From Methanotrichaceae archaeon (lineage in GTDB: Archaea; Halobacteriota; Methanosarcinia; Methanotrichales; Methanotrichaceae), in the NCBI GenBank assembly GCA_963803145.1, contig CAWDLW010000027.1:1-64000 (forward strand): a DNA stretch of 64,000 bases, in the 5' to 3' direction. Below, one piece after another: positions 19,349-31,985 of this stretch; positions within the stretch are counted from its first letter, which is position 1; every line of letters starts with the position of its first letter. The notes beneath the pieces are model-generated. The model did no database searches, was not told the DNA's origin, and saw only the letters and a program-made list of their open reading frames with translations. Position numbers and translations under genes: made by a program.

Positions 19349-22300
19349 TCAAGCATTGGGCCTTTTACAGCTCATCCCCCATTTGACGAGCTTATTCTGC
19401 AGCTCATCCAGCTGTATAGGCTTGCTTATATAATCATCCATTCCCGCATCAAGGCATCTATCCATATCACCCTCAAGGGCATAGGCAGTGATCGCAATGA
19501 TCTTCGGCCAGTCATGCCACCGTTCGCGTATCCTTCTCGCAGCCTCAATGCCGTCCATCTCCGGCATCTGGACATCCATGAGAATTATGTCATAAGGGTG
19601 GCGTTCTAATGCCTGCAGTACCTCAAATCCGTTGGCAGCTACATCAGCCCCGTACCCAATTTTATGAAGCATTTGCAGGGCGACCTTCTGATTTACCGGA
19701 TTATCCTCTGCCAATAAAATATCTAAAGCAGGCAATTGGCTCAATTTCAGATCTGCTTGAGTTTGCTGAGCGACGGTTCTTGAGCTGACCGGCTTTCTAG
19801 TCGTGGCCTCTGCAAGGATCGTAAAGTGGAAGGTGGAGCCTTTCCTTACTGCAGACTCAGCCCATATTCTTCCGCCCATCATTTCAACGAGACGTTTGCT
19901 TATGACCAGGCCTAGGCCAGTTCCGCCGTATTTGCGTGTAGTTGATGCATCAACCTGGCTAAAGGGTTGGAATAAGTGGCCAACCTTGTCCTCTGGGATC
20001 CCAATTCCAGTATCTTTAACTGCAAAGTGAACCTCATAGCAGTTGCCTTTGGGCTTCCTGCCAGAGATCGTTACTGCTACTTCGCCTTTATCCGTGAACT
20101 TTACAGCATTGCTGAGTAAATTGATTAAGATCTGGCGTATCCTGGCAGGGTCGCCTATAAATGTTTCAGGGGTATCAGGATCGATAAGATAGGATAGTTC
20201 CAGGCCTTTCTTAGATGCCTCTGGAGCTATCAGATCTAGGGATTCCTCAACGCTATCCCTTAAATCAAAGGGCTGTGCTTCGAGCTCAATCTTGCCGCTA
20301 TCAATCTTGGAAAAGTCCAGAATATTGTTAATAACCGACAGCAAGGAGTCACCGCTATTTCTAATAGTTTCAACATAATCTTGCTGTTCTCGGCTTAGAT
20401 CGGTTCTCTGGAGGAGTTCAGTCAAGCCTATGACAGCATTCATAGGGGTTCTTATCTCGTGGCTCATGTTGGCAAGAAACTCTGACTTGGCCTTGGCTGC
20501 AGCCTCAGCATCCTCCTTAGCGCTCTTCAGCTCCTGCTCGGCCAGCTTGCGTTCGGTGATATCTATGGCAAAAATGGCAATCTTTGATACTTTTCCGGAT
20601 TCATCTAAAACAGGGCTAATATAATTGATGAAGTCCCGACCTGCATGCGAGTCTTCAAAACATGTGGGCTCAGCACTACAGATAACCTTGTGAATCCATG
20701 CCCTGCGTAGTTCTGCTATTTGAGGTGGAATGAAGTTCAAGGCGTATTTGCCAACGAGTTCCGTAAGACTCATATCAAGGCTATCAGCCATTGATTTATT
20801 GCTTGCAAGGATCATCATTTGCGTATCCAGCAGAAGAGCAGGCTCAGGAATGGCATTGAGGAATACTTTCAGAATTTTTTCATTTTCCCGTAGTGCATCC
20901 TCGGCTCGCTTGCGATCAGTAATATCCCTTATGATCCCAACTATGAACTTATTGCCTGTATTATCTATATACAACGTCTTCTTGGTGATTATCGTGCGGG
21001 TGGTGCCAGAAGCATCGGTAATCTGCTCCTCATTCACGTTCTCCGTTCCGGTCCGGAACACCTCCTCATCCTTCTCCCAAAAGACATCGACCTGCTCCTT
21101 AGGGAAGAAGTCGTGGTCCGTACAACCTATGATCTCCTCATGGAGGTGCCCCATCAGGTTGCATAAAGCGTCATTGACCAAAACGAACGTGTGGCATCTG
21201 TCCTTGACAAATATTGGGTCAGCTATGGAGTTGATTATTTTATTCAGATAGTTTTTTGATCTCTTTTGCCTCTCCTCAGCCTGCTTGCGCTCAGTTATAT
21301 CCAAAAGAGACGCAATGCTCTTCTTTGTCCCAGGGATAATATCAATACGCAGTAGAGCATCCCTAACACGGCCATTTCTATCTCTGACTCGAAACTCGTA
21401 GCTTCTCAGGGCTGCGTTAGGATCGATCCGCCTCAATTTATGCTGCTGCAGCATCCTTTCGAGATCTTCTTTTACAACGAACTCTGTCCAACTTTTTTTA
21501 CCCTCAATCTCCTCTTTACTGTAGCCGGAAAGCCTTTCGAATTCCGAGTTGGCCAGCGATATGATAGTATTATCCTCAACAATTACAGTTGCAGTACCGG
21601 TATTCTCGAAAATGGCTCTGTACATATTCTCCGATTCCACAAGCGCCTTCTCTGCCCTTTTGCGATCGCTGATATTTACTGCAACGTGAACAACTCCGGC
21701 CACGTTTCCATTTGCGTCCTTGATTAGATTGCTGTGAGATAGCCAGACTTTGCCATCAGGGGTAATCAGCTCGCCTTCATGTGATTGTGCAGTTTGAAGA
21801 GCCTTCAAGGCTGTGCAGCCTGGGCAGGGTGATTCAAGGCCTTGAATGACTTCAAAGCAACGCTTTCTCCTTATTTCGTCCTCAGAAAGGCCGAGGTGCT
21901 TTTGAACAGCACTATTCAGCCAGAGGATATTCATCTGCGGATCAAGGTATTCTACAGATACATTCTTCAGGCCGCCCAGAATTGCACACTTCTCCTGCTC
22001 CGATTCACGTAAGGCTTCCTCAGCAAGCTTTCGCTCTGTGATATCCCGAGCCACAGAGCAGAAGACATCCTTGCCTCTGTAGGAGACAAGGTTGACAGCT
22101 ACCTCCACGTCCAATAGAACGCCATCTTTTTTACGGTACTTTCTTTGACCTATGAAGTATCGTTTCTCTTTCTTTATCTTCTCGATGTTATTGTCGATGC
22201 TAACTCTATCGTGGGCTACAATATCGTAGATGCTCAAGCCAGCGATATCCTCAGGGGAATATCCTAGAAGCCTTTGAGATGCGAGATTAGCCTCTAGAAT

Positions 22301-22549
22301 ACCCCTAGTCTCCACATCATAAAGTAAAATGATATCCGAAGCCTGCTCCACAACAGAGTGGTAGCGCTCTTCGCTCTTCCTCAGCTCATCCTCAGCGGCC
22401 AATAGCTCGTCAAGGCTGGCCTGAAGATTCTCCAAGGCATCTGGCAGGATATCGGGCGTGTTTGCCGGACCACTAGCACATTGTGCCTGGATATCCTTTA
22501 TGCACTGGGAAAGCTCGGAAATCCTTTGGGAGAGATCGTCGACTGTCAT
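19349..22549 (-). CDS. Multi-PAS hybrid sensor histidine kinase/response regulator
   Basis: Five PAS/PAC units, FLANMSHEIRTP, HATPase boxes, receiver domain; start set at MTVDD by homology to the 36689 kinase. Confidence 0.93.
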   Translation of the reverse strand: MTVDDLSQRISELSQCIKDIQAQCASGPANTPDILPDALENLQASLDELLAAEDELRKSEERYHSVVEQASDIILLYDVETRGILEANLASQRLLGYSPEDIAGLSIYDIVAHDRVSIDNNIEKIKKEKRYFIGQRKYRKKDGVLLDVEVAVNLVSYRGKDVFCSVARDITERKLAEEALRESEQEKCAILGGLKNVSVEYLDPQMNILWLNSAVQKHLGLSEDEIRRKRCFEVIQGLESPCPGCTALKALQTAQSHEGELITPDGKVWLSHSNLIKDANGNVAGVVHVAVNISDRKRAEKALVESENMYRAIFENTGTATVIVEDNTIISLANSEFERLSGYSKEEIEGKKSWTEFVVKEDLERMLQQHKLRRIDPNAALRSYEFRVRDRNGRVRDALLRIDIIPGTKKSIASLLDITERKQAEERQKRSKNYLNKIINSIADPIFVKDRCHTFVLVNDALCNLMGHLHEEIIGCTDHDFFPKEQVDVFWEKDEEVFRTGTENVNEEQITDASGTTRTIITKKTLYIDNTGNKFIVGIIRDITDRKRAEDALRENEKILKVFLNAIPEPALLLDTQMMILASNKSMADSLDMSLTELVGKYALNFIPPQIAELRRAWIHKVICSAEPTCFEDSHAGRDFINYISPVLDESGKVSKIAIFAIDITERKLAEQELKSAKEDAEAAAKAKSEFLANMSHEIRTPMNAVIGLTELLQRTDLSREQQDYVETIRNSGDSLLSVINNILDFSKIDSGKIELEAQPFDLRDSVEESLDLIAPEASKKGLELSYLIDPDTPETFIGDPARIRQILINLLSNAVKFTDKGEVAVTISGRKPKGNCYEVHFAVKDTGIGIPEDKVGHLFQPFSQVDASTTRKYGGTGLGLVISKRLVEMMGGRIWAESAVRKGSTFHFTILAEATTRKPVSSRTVAQQTQADLKLSQLPALDILLAEDNPVNQKVALQMLHKIGYGADVAANGFEVLQALERHPYDIILMDVQMPEMDGIEAARRIRERWHDWPKIIAITAYALEGDMDRCLDAGMDDYISKPIQLDELQNKLVKWGMSCKRPNA

Positions 22550-22958
22550 TTCATTTCTACCTGGTTTAACTGTAATGAATAGCAACGAAGAATTATGTTT
22601 TATTATCTATATGTTATCCTCCAGCTACAGTTATTCGGCCAGTGATAGATTAGGAATAGGTCTCAAGTGTCTCATAACTCAGCGGGCTTCGCGAAAATTC
22701 TAATAGAACAATAGCGCCTATGAACCTCTGAAGTGATACAGATCTCATCTAATGCCTGTACTTTTTGCGATATACTCTCTCAGAGTGTTTTAAACAACTA
22801 TGGCTTTGCGATTAAGAAGCCGTTCAAAGAAAATGAGGGATTTAGGTGGCGCAAGAAGATCTAGTCAAAGTGTAAGGATTGAAGTAGGGATAGAGTTTCA
22901 TAGACTCAGTCCCATTCTTGAATCTTCTTTCCCACCTCAAATCGCACGGATAACAAGC

Positions 22959-23693
22959 CTAAACGGCCTCTTCACCTGGGTTTTGAGCGGGAAGTTCTTT
23001 AGCCTTTGCGTATGCCGCATTTGCATCGGAATTATTTCCCATCTCCTTTAGGATATCCCCTTTGTGAGTCCATATAATAGAATCCAGCGGATCCAGTTCT
23101 ATTGCTTTGTTGATGTATCCAATTGCATCAATATTTTTTCCCAGAGCGGCCAATGCAACACCTTTGGTATCTAGGGCTGCTGCTAAATTACTGTTGAGAA
23201 GATCTATAGATCGGTTTACATTCGTTAAGGCATCTTCATTGTTGCCTCGTTTATAGTATAGCCAAGCTTTGTCATTCCAGGCCATGCCGTTCGTGGGATC
23301 TAATTCTATAGCCTGATTATAGCTCTGAAGGGACTCATTGTATCTGCCTAAATCCTGCAAAACAATGCCTTTTCCTACCCATGCCTTGGAATTATCGGGG
23401 CTGATCTCAATGGCTTTCTGGTAGCTTTCCAGAGACTCATTGTACCTCCCTAAATTGTCAAGGGCACTTCCTTGCCCTATTAAGGCTGCTACGTTTGATC
23501 CGTTAATCCTCAGGGAATTGTTGTAAGCGTTAAGGGCATCTTCATATTTATACTGAAATAGGAGGAGTCCTCCCTGGTTATTCCAGTAGCTTGTCGTGTT
23601 GTTACCTGCAGAACTTTCAGCTGCTGTAACTGCAGCTGTGAGGATGCAGATAGTTAAGGCCAGCAAAATTATGGCACATTTCATGGGTATCAA
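22959..23693 (-). CDS. Secreted TPR-repeat protein
   Basis: Signal peptide; repeated AW.GKG..L..LGRYNESL..Y.KAIEL.P. Confidence 0.9.
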   Translation of the reverse strand: MIPMKCAIILLALTICILTAAVTAAESSAGNNTTSYWNNQGGLLLFQYKYEDALNAYNNSLRINGSNVAALIGQGSALDNLGRYNESLESYQKAIEISPDNSKAWVGKGIVLQDLGRYNESLQSYNQAIELDPTNGMAWNDKAWLYYKRGNNEDALTNVNRSIDLLNSNLAAALDTKGVALAALGKNIDAIGYINKAIELDPLDSIIWTHKGDILKEMGNNSDANAAYAKAKELPAQNPGEEAV

Positions 23694-23957
23694 CTCAAGC
23701 GATAATTGGGAAACTAGTTAAAAAGTCTTTTGTTTGTTGTGTCTGGGACCTAATCCTATTAGAACCTCTGGCAATTGTATGCCACATAACAGTTAGCCAA
23801 AAAATTCATAATTCATTCATTACTACTGCCCCACAACTTTCTGGTCGGCTAGTTCGATGAATGCGTCTTAAAGGTTAGGTTGATAGATAATGATTTGAAA
23901 ATTTAATTATCAGAGATCGGATATAAATATTAAAGCTTTATTAAATATGCGGAGAGC

Positions 23958-25676
23958 ATGATTTATATGGACGAAGTTACTGAACATAAGTATGTGAGCT
24001 GGCAAATTATACCATACTTCTTCCCATTGCTTGCCTCTGCAGCAATTTCGTTAGCCATTGCTCTCTATACGTGGCGTCATATGAAACATTCCGAGAGAGT
24101 CGCTTTGACCTTTCTGATGCTTACTATCGCCATATGGTCAATTGCCTATGCTCTGGAGCTCAGCACAAATGAACTTCAACTAAAACTATTCTTCACGGAC
24201 ATAGAGTATATAGGCATAACTCTTTTGCCTGTTGCTTGGCTGGCATTAGCTCTCGAATTTTCGGGTCACGAATCATGGCTATCTCTTAAAAGACTCTGTC
24301 TCCTTGTAATAATGCCCGTTATAACAATGGTATTAGTCTGGACGAACGATTATCATAACCTGATATATAAAGATGCTTGGGTCGATTTTAGCCAGGGGTA
24401 TCCGGCCCTTGAAATAGTCCGGGGACAATGGTATTGGGTCAATGTAGCCTATTCCTATGCTCTTGTCTTGATCGCCACGTTATTGGTGATTGAGGCATTT
24501 ATCCATTCCACAAAACTCTATAGGAAACAAGCATCGGTTCTGCTAATAGGAGCTTTGATCCCCTGGATTGCCAACCTGGCGTACATGATGGGATGGCACC
24601 CCTTTCCATATTTAGATACTACTCCATTGGCTTTCCTTTTCACTGGATTAGCTGCAGCTATCGGATTTTTTTACTTCGGTCTTCTGGATATAATGCCTGT
24701 AGCAAGAAATATTATTATAGAAAATATTTCCGAAGGCATCATAGTCTTAGATGGCAATAACCGCATTCTGGATATGAACTCAGCCGCTCTTAAAATGACT
24801 GGCCTGAATCTCGACCAATCAATTGGGAAGCATGCGGCCAATCTTCATTCAACCCTCTTAGAACCGATAGACAATCTCATAGAGTCATCAAAAGGCAACG
24901 TTGAAGCCCATATGGAAAGAGAAGTATTAGCTGAAAGAGATAATCGATACTACAATCTTAGCGTATCTCCTATCTATGGAATGCGAGGCGACCTAAAGGC
25001 TCGGATCTTGCTGATTCAGGATATCACAGATAGAAAGCAGGCGGAGGACAGGATGATAGCCTCTCTTCATGAGAAGGAAGTTCTCCTCAAGGAGGTTCAT
25101 CACCGTGTTAAGAATAACCTGCAGATTATCTCCGCCCTTCTTTCTCTGCAGTCATCATACATAACTGATGAGGATATCATAAAAATCTTCAGGGATAGCC
25201 AGAACCGCATCAAATCCATGGCGCTAGTTCACGAGAATTTGTATAGGTCTAAAGATCTAGATAAGGTTGACTTCAATGAGTACATAAAACAGCTGGTCTC
25301 TAATTTATCTCAATCCTACGGGGACCTCGCAGGCAAGATTGACTTTAAAGTAAATTCGGAAAACGTTTTTCTGAATATAAACACAGCAATTCCCTGTGGC
25401 ATGATCATAAACGAGCTGGTATCCAACTCCCTCAAGCATGCCTTCCCGGATGGCAGGAGAGGTGAGGTCTGCATAGACCTTAGTTCCGAGGATGACGGCT
25501 TCAGGCTCGTTGTGAGTGATAACGGCATAGGAATCAAAGGCGGTCTGAATATCAAGGAGTCAAAGACCTTAGGGTTCAGGCTGATAGATACCCTTGTTAA
25601 GCAGATCGATGGCAAGATGAGCCTCGACGCAACCAATGGAACTAGATGTGAGATTCACTTCAAAGGGTTAAAGTGA
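23958..25676 (+). CDS. 7TM-PAS histidine kinase (HisKA_7TM, HisKA_2)
   Basis: N-terminal TM region, [31 protein letters not shown]. Confidence 0.92.
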   Translation: MIYMDEVTEHKYVSWQIIPYFFPLLASAAISLAIALYTWRHMKHSERVALTFLMLTIAIWSIAYALELSTNELQLKLFFTDIEYIGITLLPVAWLALALEFSGHESWLSLKRLCLLVIMPVITMVLVWTNDYHNLIYKDAWVDFSQGYPALEIVRGQWYWVNVAYSYALVLIATLLVIEAFIHSTKLYRKQASVLLIGALIPWIANLAYMMGWHPFPYLDTTPLAFLFTGLAAAIGFFYFGLLDIMPVARNIIIENISEGIIVLDGNNRILDMNSAALKMTGLNLDQSIGKHAANLHSTLLEPIDNLIESSKGNVEAHMEREVLAERDNRYYNLSVSPIYGMRGDLKARILLIQDITDRKQAEDRMIASLHEKEVLLKEVHHRVKNNLQIISALLSLQSSYITDEDIIKIFRDSQNRIKSMALVHENLYRSKDLDKVDFNEYIKQLVSNLSQSYGDLAGKIDFKVNSENVFLNINTAIPCGMIINELVSNSLKHAFPDGRRGEVCIDLSSEDDGFRLVVSDNGIGIKGGLNIKESKTLGFRLIDTLVKQIDGKMSLDATNGTRCEIHFKGLK

Positions 25677-26009
25677 TGGGAAGGACTCAAGATGCGCTCC
25701 ATATTTTCTAGTTTAATTTCCATCGAACGGCGAAGCTCAGTTCGAGTTATAGAGCCGCCTTTCTGGGCCAAGATCCAGAGAATTCGATCTCGATGGTTAT
25801 ATGGTGGTTTTTTCAATATCGCTCCTCCTCACGCTTTATCTATTATGTCTTTGTCCTATATCACCTCTTTCAAAAACATCTATTAGATCATGGCTTTGGC
25901 CCTCCTTTGGCCTCAGCCAGATCCCACAAGACACTTCATATGGACAATGAAGGTTTTAATCGGCCAGCCTAATGGCCGAAACTATCTTCTTCAACGCATT
26001 TACCTCTTA

Positions 26010-27011
26010 TCAGATGACCTTCTCCAGCTCATCTCTTTTCACGAAATGTACCTCCACCATGTGATCTGGATGGTATCGCATCTTAGCCTCGCGAATTCCC
26101 GCGATTCCCATATCGCTCTCCCGATTGATATAGACAAAATCCTTTGCCAGTATCTTAGCGGTTTCAGAATTGATGGCCCTGTAGATTCCTTTGCAATCCG
26201 GAAGACCTTTCTCGAAATGAACAAGAGCCGTGTCTTTGTTTAGTCCTTCAAAGATGGACATAGCTCCAATCTTGCCTGCAACCCTAATTATTAACCCAGA
26301 AAGCTTTAGCTCATTGTAGTGAGATATTGCAAAAAGGATAGCTTTCTTCTCGTTCGCCAATACCGGATCGGAATTGCAGTCTTTCCAATCGCACCACTGG
26401 TTCAAGAACTCATTTACCTCCATGGCGCAATCATTGGAAAGGGGTTCGACAATAGGTAAGCAGATCCTCTGAAACTGGTGCAGCTGGCGCCTTATGGTCA
26501 AATATTTCTTCCCGGCCAGCTCGGCAAGATCAGACGCCCGATAAACATAATCAAAATATTTTCTCTCAGGATACATTCTCAAATCCGGGTAGAGTTCAGA
26601 GATCCATTCTTTATTCTCCGGGTCAAAAACGGATAGAGGATATTCGTCGTCGCTCCTTTTCGCCAGCTCCAAAAGGTCTGCAAGCAAATCAGGATCTTTT
26701 GGCCCAATCGGTGGTCGATAGCGCGTCTTTCCGTCAAAGGTTGCGGAAAGCACTATGGAGTCTTCGATTTTTGCATACTTGTAGTTGGCGTAATTGCTCC
26801 AGCACACCATATTAGTGAATGTATTATCGCTATGAACCTGGGGGTAGTGCTCATAATGCTTCAGGAAAAGATCCCTATCCCTGAGCGTAACCGGTTTGAA
26901 ATCAGTTACCTTTAGCAATTTATCTATCTCCTTGAAGAAGCATTGGCGCATGCCCTGCCATGGGCAAAAGTCCGAGGGATTGATAGAAGGCATCTGTGCC
27001 ATGTTGGGCAC
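26010..27011 (-). CDS. DUF2156 / lysyltransferase-like GNAT protein
   Basis: DYVY...LAELAGKKY, HFEKG, YINRESDMGIAGIREAKMRYHP; true start likely downstream. Confidence 0.85.
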   Translation of the reverse strand: MPNMAQMPSINPSDFCPWQGMRQCFFKEIDKLLKVTDFKPVTLRDRDLFLKHYEHYPQVHSDNTFTNMVCWSNYANYKYAKIEDSIVLSATFDGKTRYRPPIGPKDPDLLADLLELAKRSDDEYPLSVFDPENKEWISELYPDLRMYPERKYFDYVYRASDLAELAGKKYLTIRRQLHQFQRICLPIVEPLSNDCAMEVNEFLNQWCDWKDCNSDPVLANEKKAILFAISHYNELKLSGLIIRVAGKIGAMSIFEGLNKDTALVHFEKGLPDCKGIYRAINSETAKILAKDFVYINRESDMGIAGIREAKMRYHPDHMVEVHFVKRDELEKVI

Positions 27012-27215
27012 GAGGCTGATCTATGTAATACCGCTAGAGACGCACCGATCGATCGGCAGATGTGATCATTGCTCAAATGTTCTTCTTCATCCATAAAGAA
27101 AATACTACAAGATCCTGTATATAGGCATCGGAGATGCCGTCAGAGTGCACAATAAATTATATATGGGAAAGATGAAATATTTACATCGATTTTAAGTTTA
27201 TTCAAGACAAAAGGG

Positions 27216-27728
27216 TTGGTTATGGAAAACAAAGATGATTCAAAATATGAGATGGCCACATTTGCAGCCGGATGCTTTTGGGGTGTAGAATCTGTCTTCA
27301 AGCAGCAGAAAGGCGTAATAGAAACCACCGTTGGATATACGGACGGAACTTTTCCTAATCCAACTTATAAGGACGTCTGCACAGGCATGACTGGCCACGC
27401 CGAAGCAGTATTGGTAAAGTATGATCCAAAGATTATCTCATACGAAGATCTCCTTTCGCTATTCTGGAGAATGCACAACTCCACCACGCCCAACCAACAA
27501 GGGCCGGATGTAGGAACTCAATATAGGTCTGCTATCTTCTACCATAATGAAGCCCAGAGGATAGCTGCACAGAGATCCAAAGAGGAGTTTGACCGCTCGG
27601 GCATCTATTCAAATGAAGCAGCTACCCAGATTGTTCCTGCATCGACCTTCTATCCGGCGGAAGATTATCATCAGGACTATTTCGAGAAGCATGGCGGTCG
27701 TTCTTGCCATATCCTTAGGTCGAGATAG
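27216..27728 (+). CDS. msrA: Peptide methionine sulfoxide reductase A
   Basis: GCFWGVE, TGHAE, QYRSAIF, AEDYHQDY. Confidence 0.96.
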   Translation: MVMENKDDSKYEMATFAAGCFWGVESVFKQQKGVIETTVGYTDGTFPNPTYKDVCTGMTGHAEAVLVKYDPKIISYEDLLSLFWRMHNSTTPNQQGPDVGTQYRSAIFYHNEAQRIAAQRSKEEFDRSGIYSNEAATQIVPASTFYPAEDYHQDYFEKHGGRSCHILRSR

Positions 27729-27742
27729 CACGAGCATTAATT

Positions 27743-29560
27743 TCATTTTAGAGCATTCATCAGATTTGATCCGTCAAGTGAACCTAAACCTGTACATGCA
27801 TCCCACCCTTTGACTGCTTGATATGCTCCATTGTTTCCCAAGGTTATATCATTGAATACATTGGAATTAGTCAATGCATAAAGCGATGGATTCAGAAACC
27901 CTACGGGTCTATTTAATCTCTGGTTAATCAGGGCCGTTAGTCCGGCATATAGTGGAGCTACAGCACTAGTACCGCCGAAAACTACGGGCTTTCCACGGAA
28001 TAGAAGAATATATCCGGCATCAGGATCTGCGTTTCCTGCAATATCTGGAACCCCTCGCCCAAAATGTCCACCAGGATTCGCTGATGTAGGTATGCCATCA
28101 TTACCCTGCCACATAGGCATGGGAAAAATATCGCTTATGCCGCCACCAGTCGCACTATCAGGCCCGTCATTCCATACGGCTTCTCCAGTAGGGAGGAATC
28201 TAGTTCCGCCACAGCCTGTAACGAATCTGCTTGAAGCTGGATAATCAGCATGAGATAGGTTGTCTCTCACTCCATCACTTGAGCCATCATCGCCAGATGC
28301 GCTGAAGACCGTTACACCCATAACAGCTGCTGACTGGAATACTTGATCCATAGCATCAGTAAAACTAGGCGTAAGATTGCATTCTGCATCTCCCCAGGAG
28401 ATTGATATCACAGAAGGCTTGTTAATTGGATCGTGAACCGCAGCATTTACAGCATCTATAAATCCTCGGTCCGTATTAGGAGCCATATAGATGGCAATTT
28501 TTGCCCCTGGTGCTACACCTCCTGCCATATCAATATCTAGTAGAACCTCGCCATCAGCATCGGTGCCTGGCACTCCTATAGCACCATCAACAGGAATTAC
28601 TGTGATTTCTGGAGTAGGTATTTTAAGCCACTTAAAGTAGCTTTCTAAATCTTCGATACTGTAACTTCCACCTAGCTCTATGACGGCTATGCATTGTCCA
28701 TTCCCATCCAGCCCCTCAGGAAAATCATATAGCCTTGCTATTTGTTGGGGTGTGTAAGTTATACCAGATGATTTTTCCGAGCTAATATAGTAGGGGTGTG
28801 CTATTGGACGATTATCCAGGCCAAATACGCCCAGAATTAATGGTGCAAGCTCAGAAGGCACACTTAGATCGCCAATATATCCTCGATAGGTGCCTTCAGG
28901 GCTATTATAAAGCATCAATTTGGTGCCAAACGCATTACTAAGCGCCTTAGGGGAGCCGGAAAGAACAATGGCATTGCTGTCAGGTCTGATTTGATCCACA
29001 GTTAAACCACGGCTAAGAGCAAAATTCTTTATTTTGGTGATGGTATCCTGACTTGGGGTGCCGGCTTCAGCGAATTCCTGTCGACTCAAATATTTATGCT
29101 CTCTAAACGATTTGTAGTTTGTATCCTCTGCATTGTCTATTGCCGCAAACTGTGCACCGACGGATTCAGAGCGCATTATGAGCGTTACCTCTATACGCTC
29201 ATCCGGATCGAGAGACCCAATGGCCCTCGATCCCCTCAAAAGTTCTCGACTGCTTCCTAAAAGAGGTTTCAAATTATCTGTGGCTGATATTTTTCCGCTT
29301 AGAACATCTCTCAATTGAGTGGGATTTGTCGTAAATAGATCATCAGCATTATAAGAATTATCAAGCGTATCTTTGATGGACTTGTTCTCACCAAATGGAG
29401 CGCTATTATTTTCTGAATAAATCTTAGCCTTTTCCTGGCTAAAAGGATTCCAATAAATAGAGATATTCTCTTGAGCAAATGATATAGATGATAATATGAT
29501 TAGAATAGTCAAAGGCACAAAAGCCAAGATTAAATGCCACTTCATTGCGGTCTCCCTCAT
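27743..29560 (-). CDS. Secreted S53 sedolisin/kumamolisin-like peptidase
   Basis: Pro-domain, EVLLD, SISWG, SGDDG, GGTSAVAP, GWDACTGLGS. Confidence 0.93.
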   Translation of the reverse strand: MRETAMKWHLILAFVPLTILIILSSISFAQENISIYWNPFSQEKAKIYSENNSAPFGENKSIKDTLDNSYNADDLFTTNPTQLRDVLSGKISATDNLKPLLGSSRELLRGSRAIGSLDPDERIEVTLIMRSESVGAQFAAIDNAEDTNYKSFREHKYLSRQEFAEAGTPSQDTITKIKNFALSRGLTVDQIRPDSNAIVLSGSPKALSNAFGTKLMLYNSPEGTYRGYIGDLSVPSELAPLILGVFGLDNRPIAHPYYISSEKSSGITYTPQQIARLYDFPEGLDGNGQCIAVIELGGSYSIEDLESYFKWLKIPTPEITVIPVDGAIGVPGTDADGEVLLDIDMAGGVAPGAKIAIYMAPNTDRGFIDAVNAAVHDPINKPSVISISWGDAECNLTPSFTDAMDQVFQSAAVMGVTVFSASGDDGSSDGVRDNLSHADYPASSRFVTGCGGTRFLPTGEAVWNDGPDSATGGGISDIFPMPMWQGNDGIPTSANPGGHFGRGVPDIAGNADPDAGYILLFRGKPVVFGGTSAVAPLYAGLTALINQRLNRPVGFLNPSLYALTNSNVFNDITLGNNGAYQAVKGWDACTGLGSLDGSNLMNALK

Positions 29561-29738
29561 AGATATACCTAAAAGAGCTTATAAGCTTTATCTTCCTTAT
29601 GAAAATCCAAGTTATAAGTCTTAATTTAGTATGTATCATAAATAATAGACGCAATTATACAATTTAACTGTGAAATGAAGATATCTTATGTTGCCAGGTC
29701 CAAAGTTTACCATCAAACATATATACTATATCAGCTCC

Positions 29739-29758
29739 CGATATATCGTCAGACGATA
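29739..29758. promoter_or_regulatory. Putative PadR operator
   Basis: Palindrome cgatatatcg overlapping IR tatcgtc-a-gacgata just upstream of the likely padR start. Confidence 0.5.
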
Positions 29759-29773
29759 GTCGAAGTGGGTAGA

Positions 29774-30196
29774 ATGGAAGATAAAATGGATAGAGAGATC
29801 AGGCGCGTATTACTCAAGTTTATCGTGCTGAAGACCATTAAAGATCGGCCCACTCATGGCTATGACATCATCCACCATATAACGGAGATTACCGGCGGGC
29901 GATGGACGCCAAGCGCCGGTTCGATCTACCCTATACTGGAGGGCCTGGAATCGAATGGGTACATCCAGAGCGAGGAGATCGAACGTAAGAAGGTATACTC
30001 CATCACCCCGAAGGGAGTGAAGGCGCTGGATCAAATGATTCAGAAGAAGATGGAATTCCTGAGGGACATGGCCGTAGTTATCAACAAAGTGATCGGAGAA
30101 GACACCAAGACTGAAGCCACCGATTCTCGAAGCCAAGAGTTACAGGCGGACGCCGATGGCTGCATGGGGGAACATCAAAACGATATCAAAAGGTAA
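29774..30196 (+). CDS. PadR family transcriptional regulator
   Basis: [30 protein letters not shown]; start moved to MEDKM. Confidence 0.92.
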   Translation: MEDKMDREIRRVLLKFIVLKTIKDRPTHGYDIIHHITEITGGRWTPSAGSIYPILEGLESNGYIQSEEIERKKVYSITPKGVKALDQMIQKKMEFLRDMAVVINKVIGEDTKTEATDSRSQELQADADGCMGEHQNDIKR

Positions 30197-31985
30197 TACT
30201 ATTACTGAGAAAAACAATGTTAAGGACAATGCAGGCGAGCCGACTCCCAAAAAGGGCATCGCTTACAAGTGGATCGCGCTGTCGAATGTGACCCTTGCTT
30301 CGTTGATGGGCATGATCAACGGCAGCATTATCTTGATCTCGCTGCCGGCCATCTTCAAGGGCATTCAGATTAACCCTATGGCTCCCGATGCGTTCCAGTA
30401 TTTACTGTGGATTCTCATGGGCTATGGCCTGGTCACAGCAACGCTCCTACTGAGCATAGGGCGACTATCCGATATGTATGGCCGGGTTAAACTGTTCCGA
30501 CTGGGCTTCTTGTTCTTCACCATAGGCTCAATACTACTGTACTTGACGCCTGGAACAGGCAATACTGGCGCGCTGGAACTGATCATCTTCCGGCTGATAC
30601 AGGCAGTGGGCGGTGCGTTCACCATGGCCAACGGCGCAGCCATCATCACCGACTCCTTCCCGGCCAACGAGCGGGGTAAGGCCCTTGGAATCAACATGGT
30701 CGCCATCATGTCCGGCCAGTTCATCGGCCTCATCCTCGGAGGCATTCTATCAGTGTACGACTGGCGCTACGTGTTCCTGGTTAGCGTGCCCTTTGCGATT
30801 ATAGGGACGGCCTGGTCTTACTGGAAGCTTGAGGAAGTTTCGATACCTGCGGCTAAGACAGGGATTGACTATATCGGCAACCTGGTCTTTGTCGGGGGGC
30901 TCACATCGCTGCTCGTAGGCGTTACCTACGGTCTCATGCCATACGGACGCGACTCTATGGGCTGGGGCAGCCCATGGGTGATCGCAGCCGTAGTCATCGG
31001 CATCATATTACTGATCGCCTTCCCATTCGTCGAGACCAAAGTGAAGCACCCTATGTTCCGCATTGACCTGTTCAAAATCAGGGCCTTCGCATACGCCAAC
31101 CTTGCGAGCACTACGTCAGCCATCGCAAGAGGCGGCGTCATGTTCATGCTGATACTGCTCTTGCAGGGCATCTGGCTTCCGCTACATGGCTATGCATATG
31201 CTGATACACCATTCTGGGCTGGTATCTACATGCTGCCCATGACTTTCGGGTTCATTCTAATGGGGCCGATATCCGGAATGCTCTCAGATAATTATGGTCC
31301 CAGGTGGATCGCCACCAGCGGCATGACTCTGGTCACTTTGTGTTTCATCGGCCTCGCTATGCTGAACTTTAACTTCGAATACTGGCAGCTTGGAGCCCTT
31401 CTATTCCTCATGGGTTGTGGCAGCGGCATGTTCGCATCGCCGAACAGCTCATCGATCATGAACTCAGTGCCGCCCGAGGACAGGGGCGTTGCTTCTGGCA
31501 TGATGGCCACGCTGATGAACTCGGCGAACTCGGCCAGCATGGCTGTCTTCTTCACTATCGTGATCGTAGGCATCCAGGGCGCGTTTCCGAATGCCGTCTC
31601 TAACTCAATGGCCAGCATAGGTTCAACAAACCTGGCACCGCTCGCGGCGACCTTTGGCGCCATCCCTCCGACTGGCGCGTTATTCTCGGCGTTCCTGGGC
31701 TACAACCCCATGGATGCTATCCTCGGCGCCCTGCCGGCATCAGTACTTAGCACCATACCCCAAAACGTCGTGACCATATTGCAGAGCCATGACTGGTTCC
31801 CAAAGACGCTGGCAGATGCGTTCATGCCATCGCTGCGGTTGTCATTCATCATTGGCGCAGTGCTCTCAGGTATCGCTGCTGTTCTATCGGCGATGCGAGG
31901 CGAAAGATACGTTCATGAGATCCATGACCTCAACAATAGCGTGATACAGGCCACGGCCATCACGCTAGAAAAGCAGAAGTCATGA
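30156..31985 (+). CDS. MFS drug-efflux transporter (DHA2-like)
   Basis: GRLSDMYGR motif [10 protein letters not shown], many TM helices; more GC-rich than flanks. Confidence 0.9.
   Translation: MAAWGNIKTISKGNTITEKNNVKDNAGEPTPKKGIAYKWIALSNVTLASLMGMINGSIILISLPAIFKGIQINPMAPDAFQYLLWILMGYGLVTATLLLSIGRLSDMYGRVKLFRLGFLFFTIGSILLYLTPGTGNTGALELIIFRLIQAVGGAFTMANGAAIITDSFPANERGKALGINMVAIMSGQFIGLILGGILSVYDWRYVFLVSVPFAIIGTAWSYWKLEEVSIPAAKTGIDYIGNLVFVGGLTSLLVGVTYGLMPYGRDSMGWGSPWVIAAVVIGIILLIAFPFVETKVKHPMFRIDLFKIRAFAYANLASTTSAIARGGVMFMLILLLQGIWLPLHGYAYADTPFWAGIYMLPMTFGFILMGPISGMLSDNYGPRWIATSGMTLVTLCFIGLAMLNFNFEYWQLGALLFLMGCGSGMFASPNSSSIMNSVPPEDRGVASGMMATLMNSANSASMAVFFTIVIVGIQGAFPNAVSNSMASIGSTNLAPLAATFGAIPPTGALFSAFLGYNPMDAILGALPASVLSTIPQNVVTILQSHDWFPKTLADAFMPSLRLSFIIGAVLSGIAAVLSAMRGERYVHEIHDLNNSVIQATAITLEKQKS

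Noticed and set aside
25680-25815. Small minus-strand HTH-like gene (RDRILWILAQKGG)
   Set aside because: Appears truncated and runs into the kinase end; too little support to list
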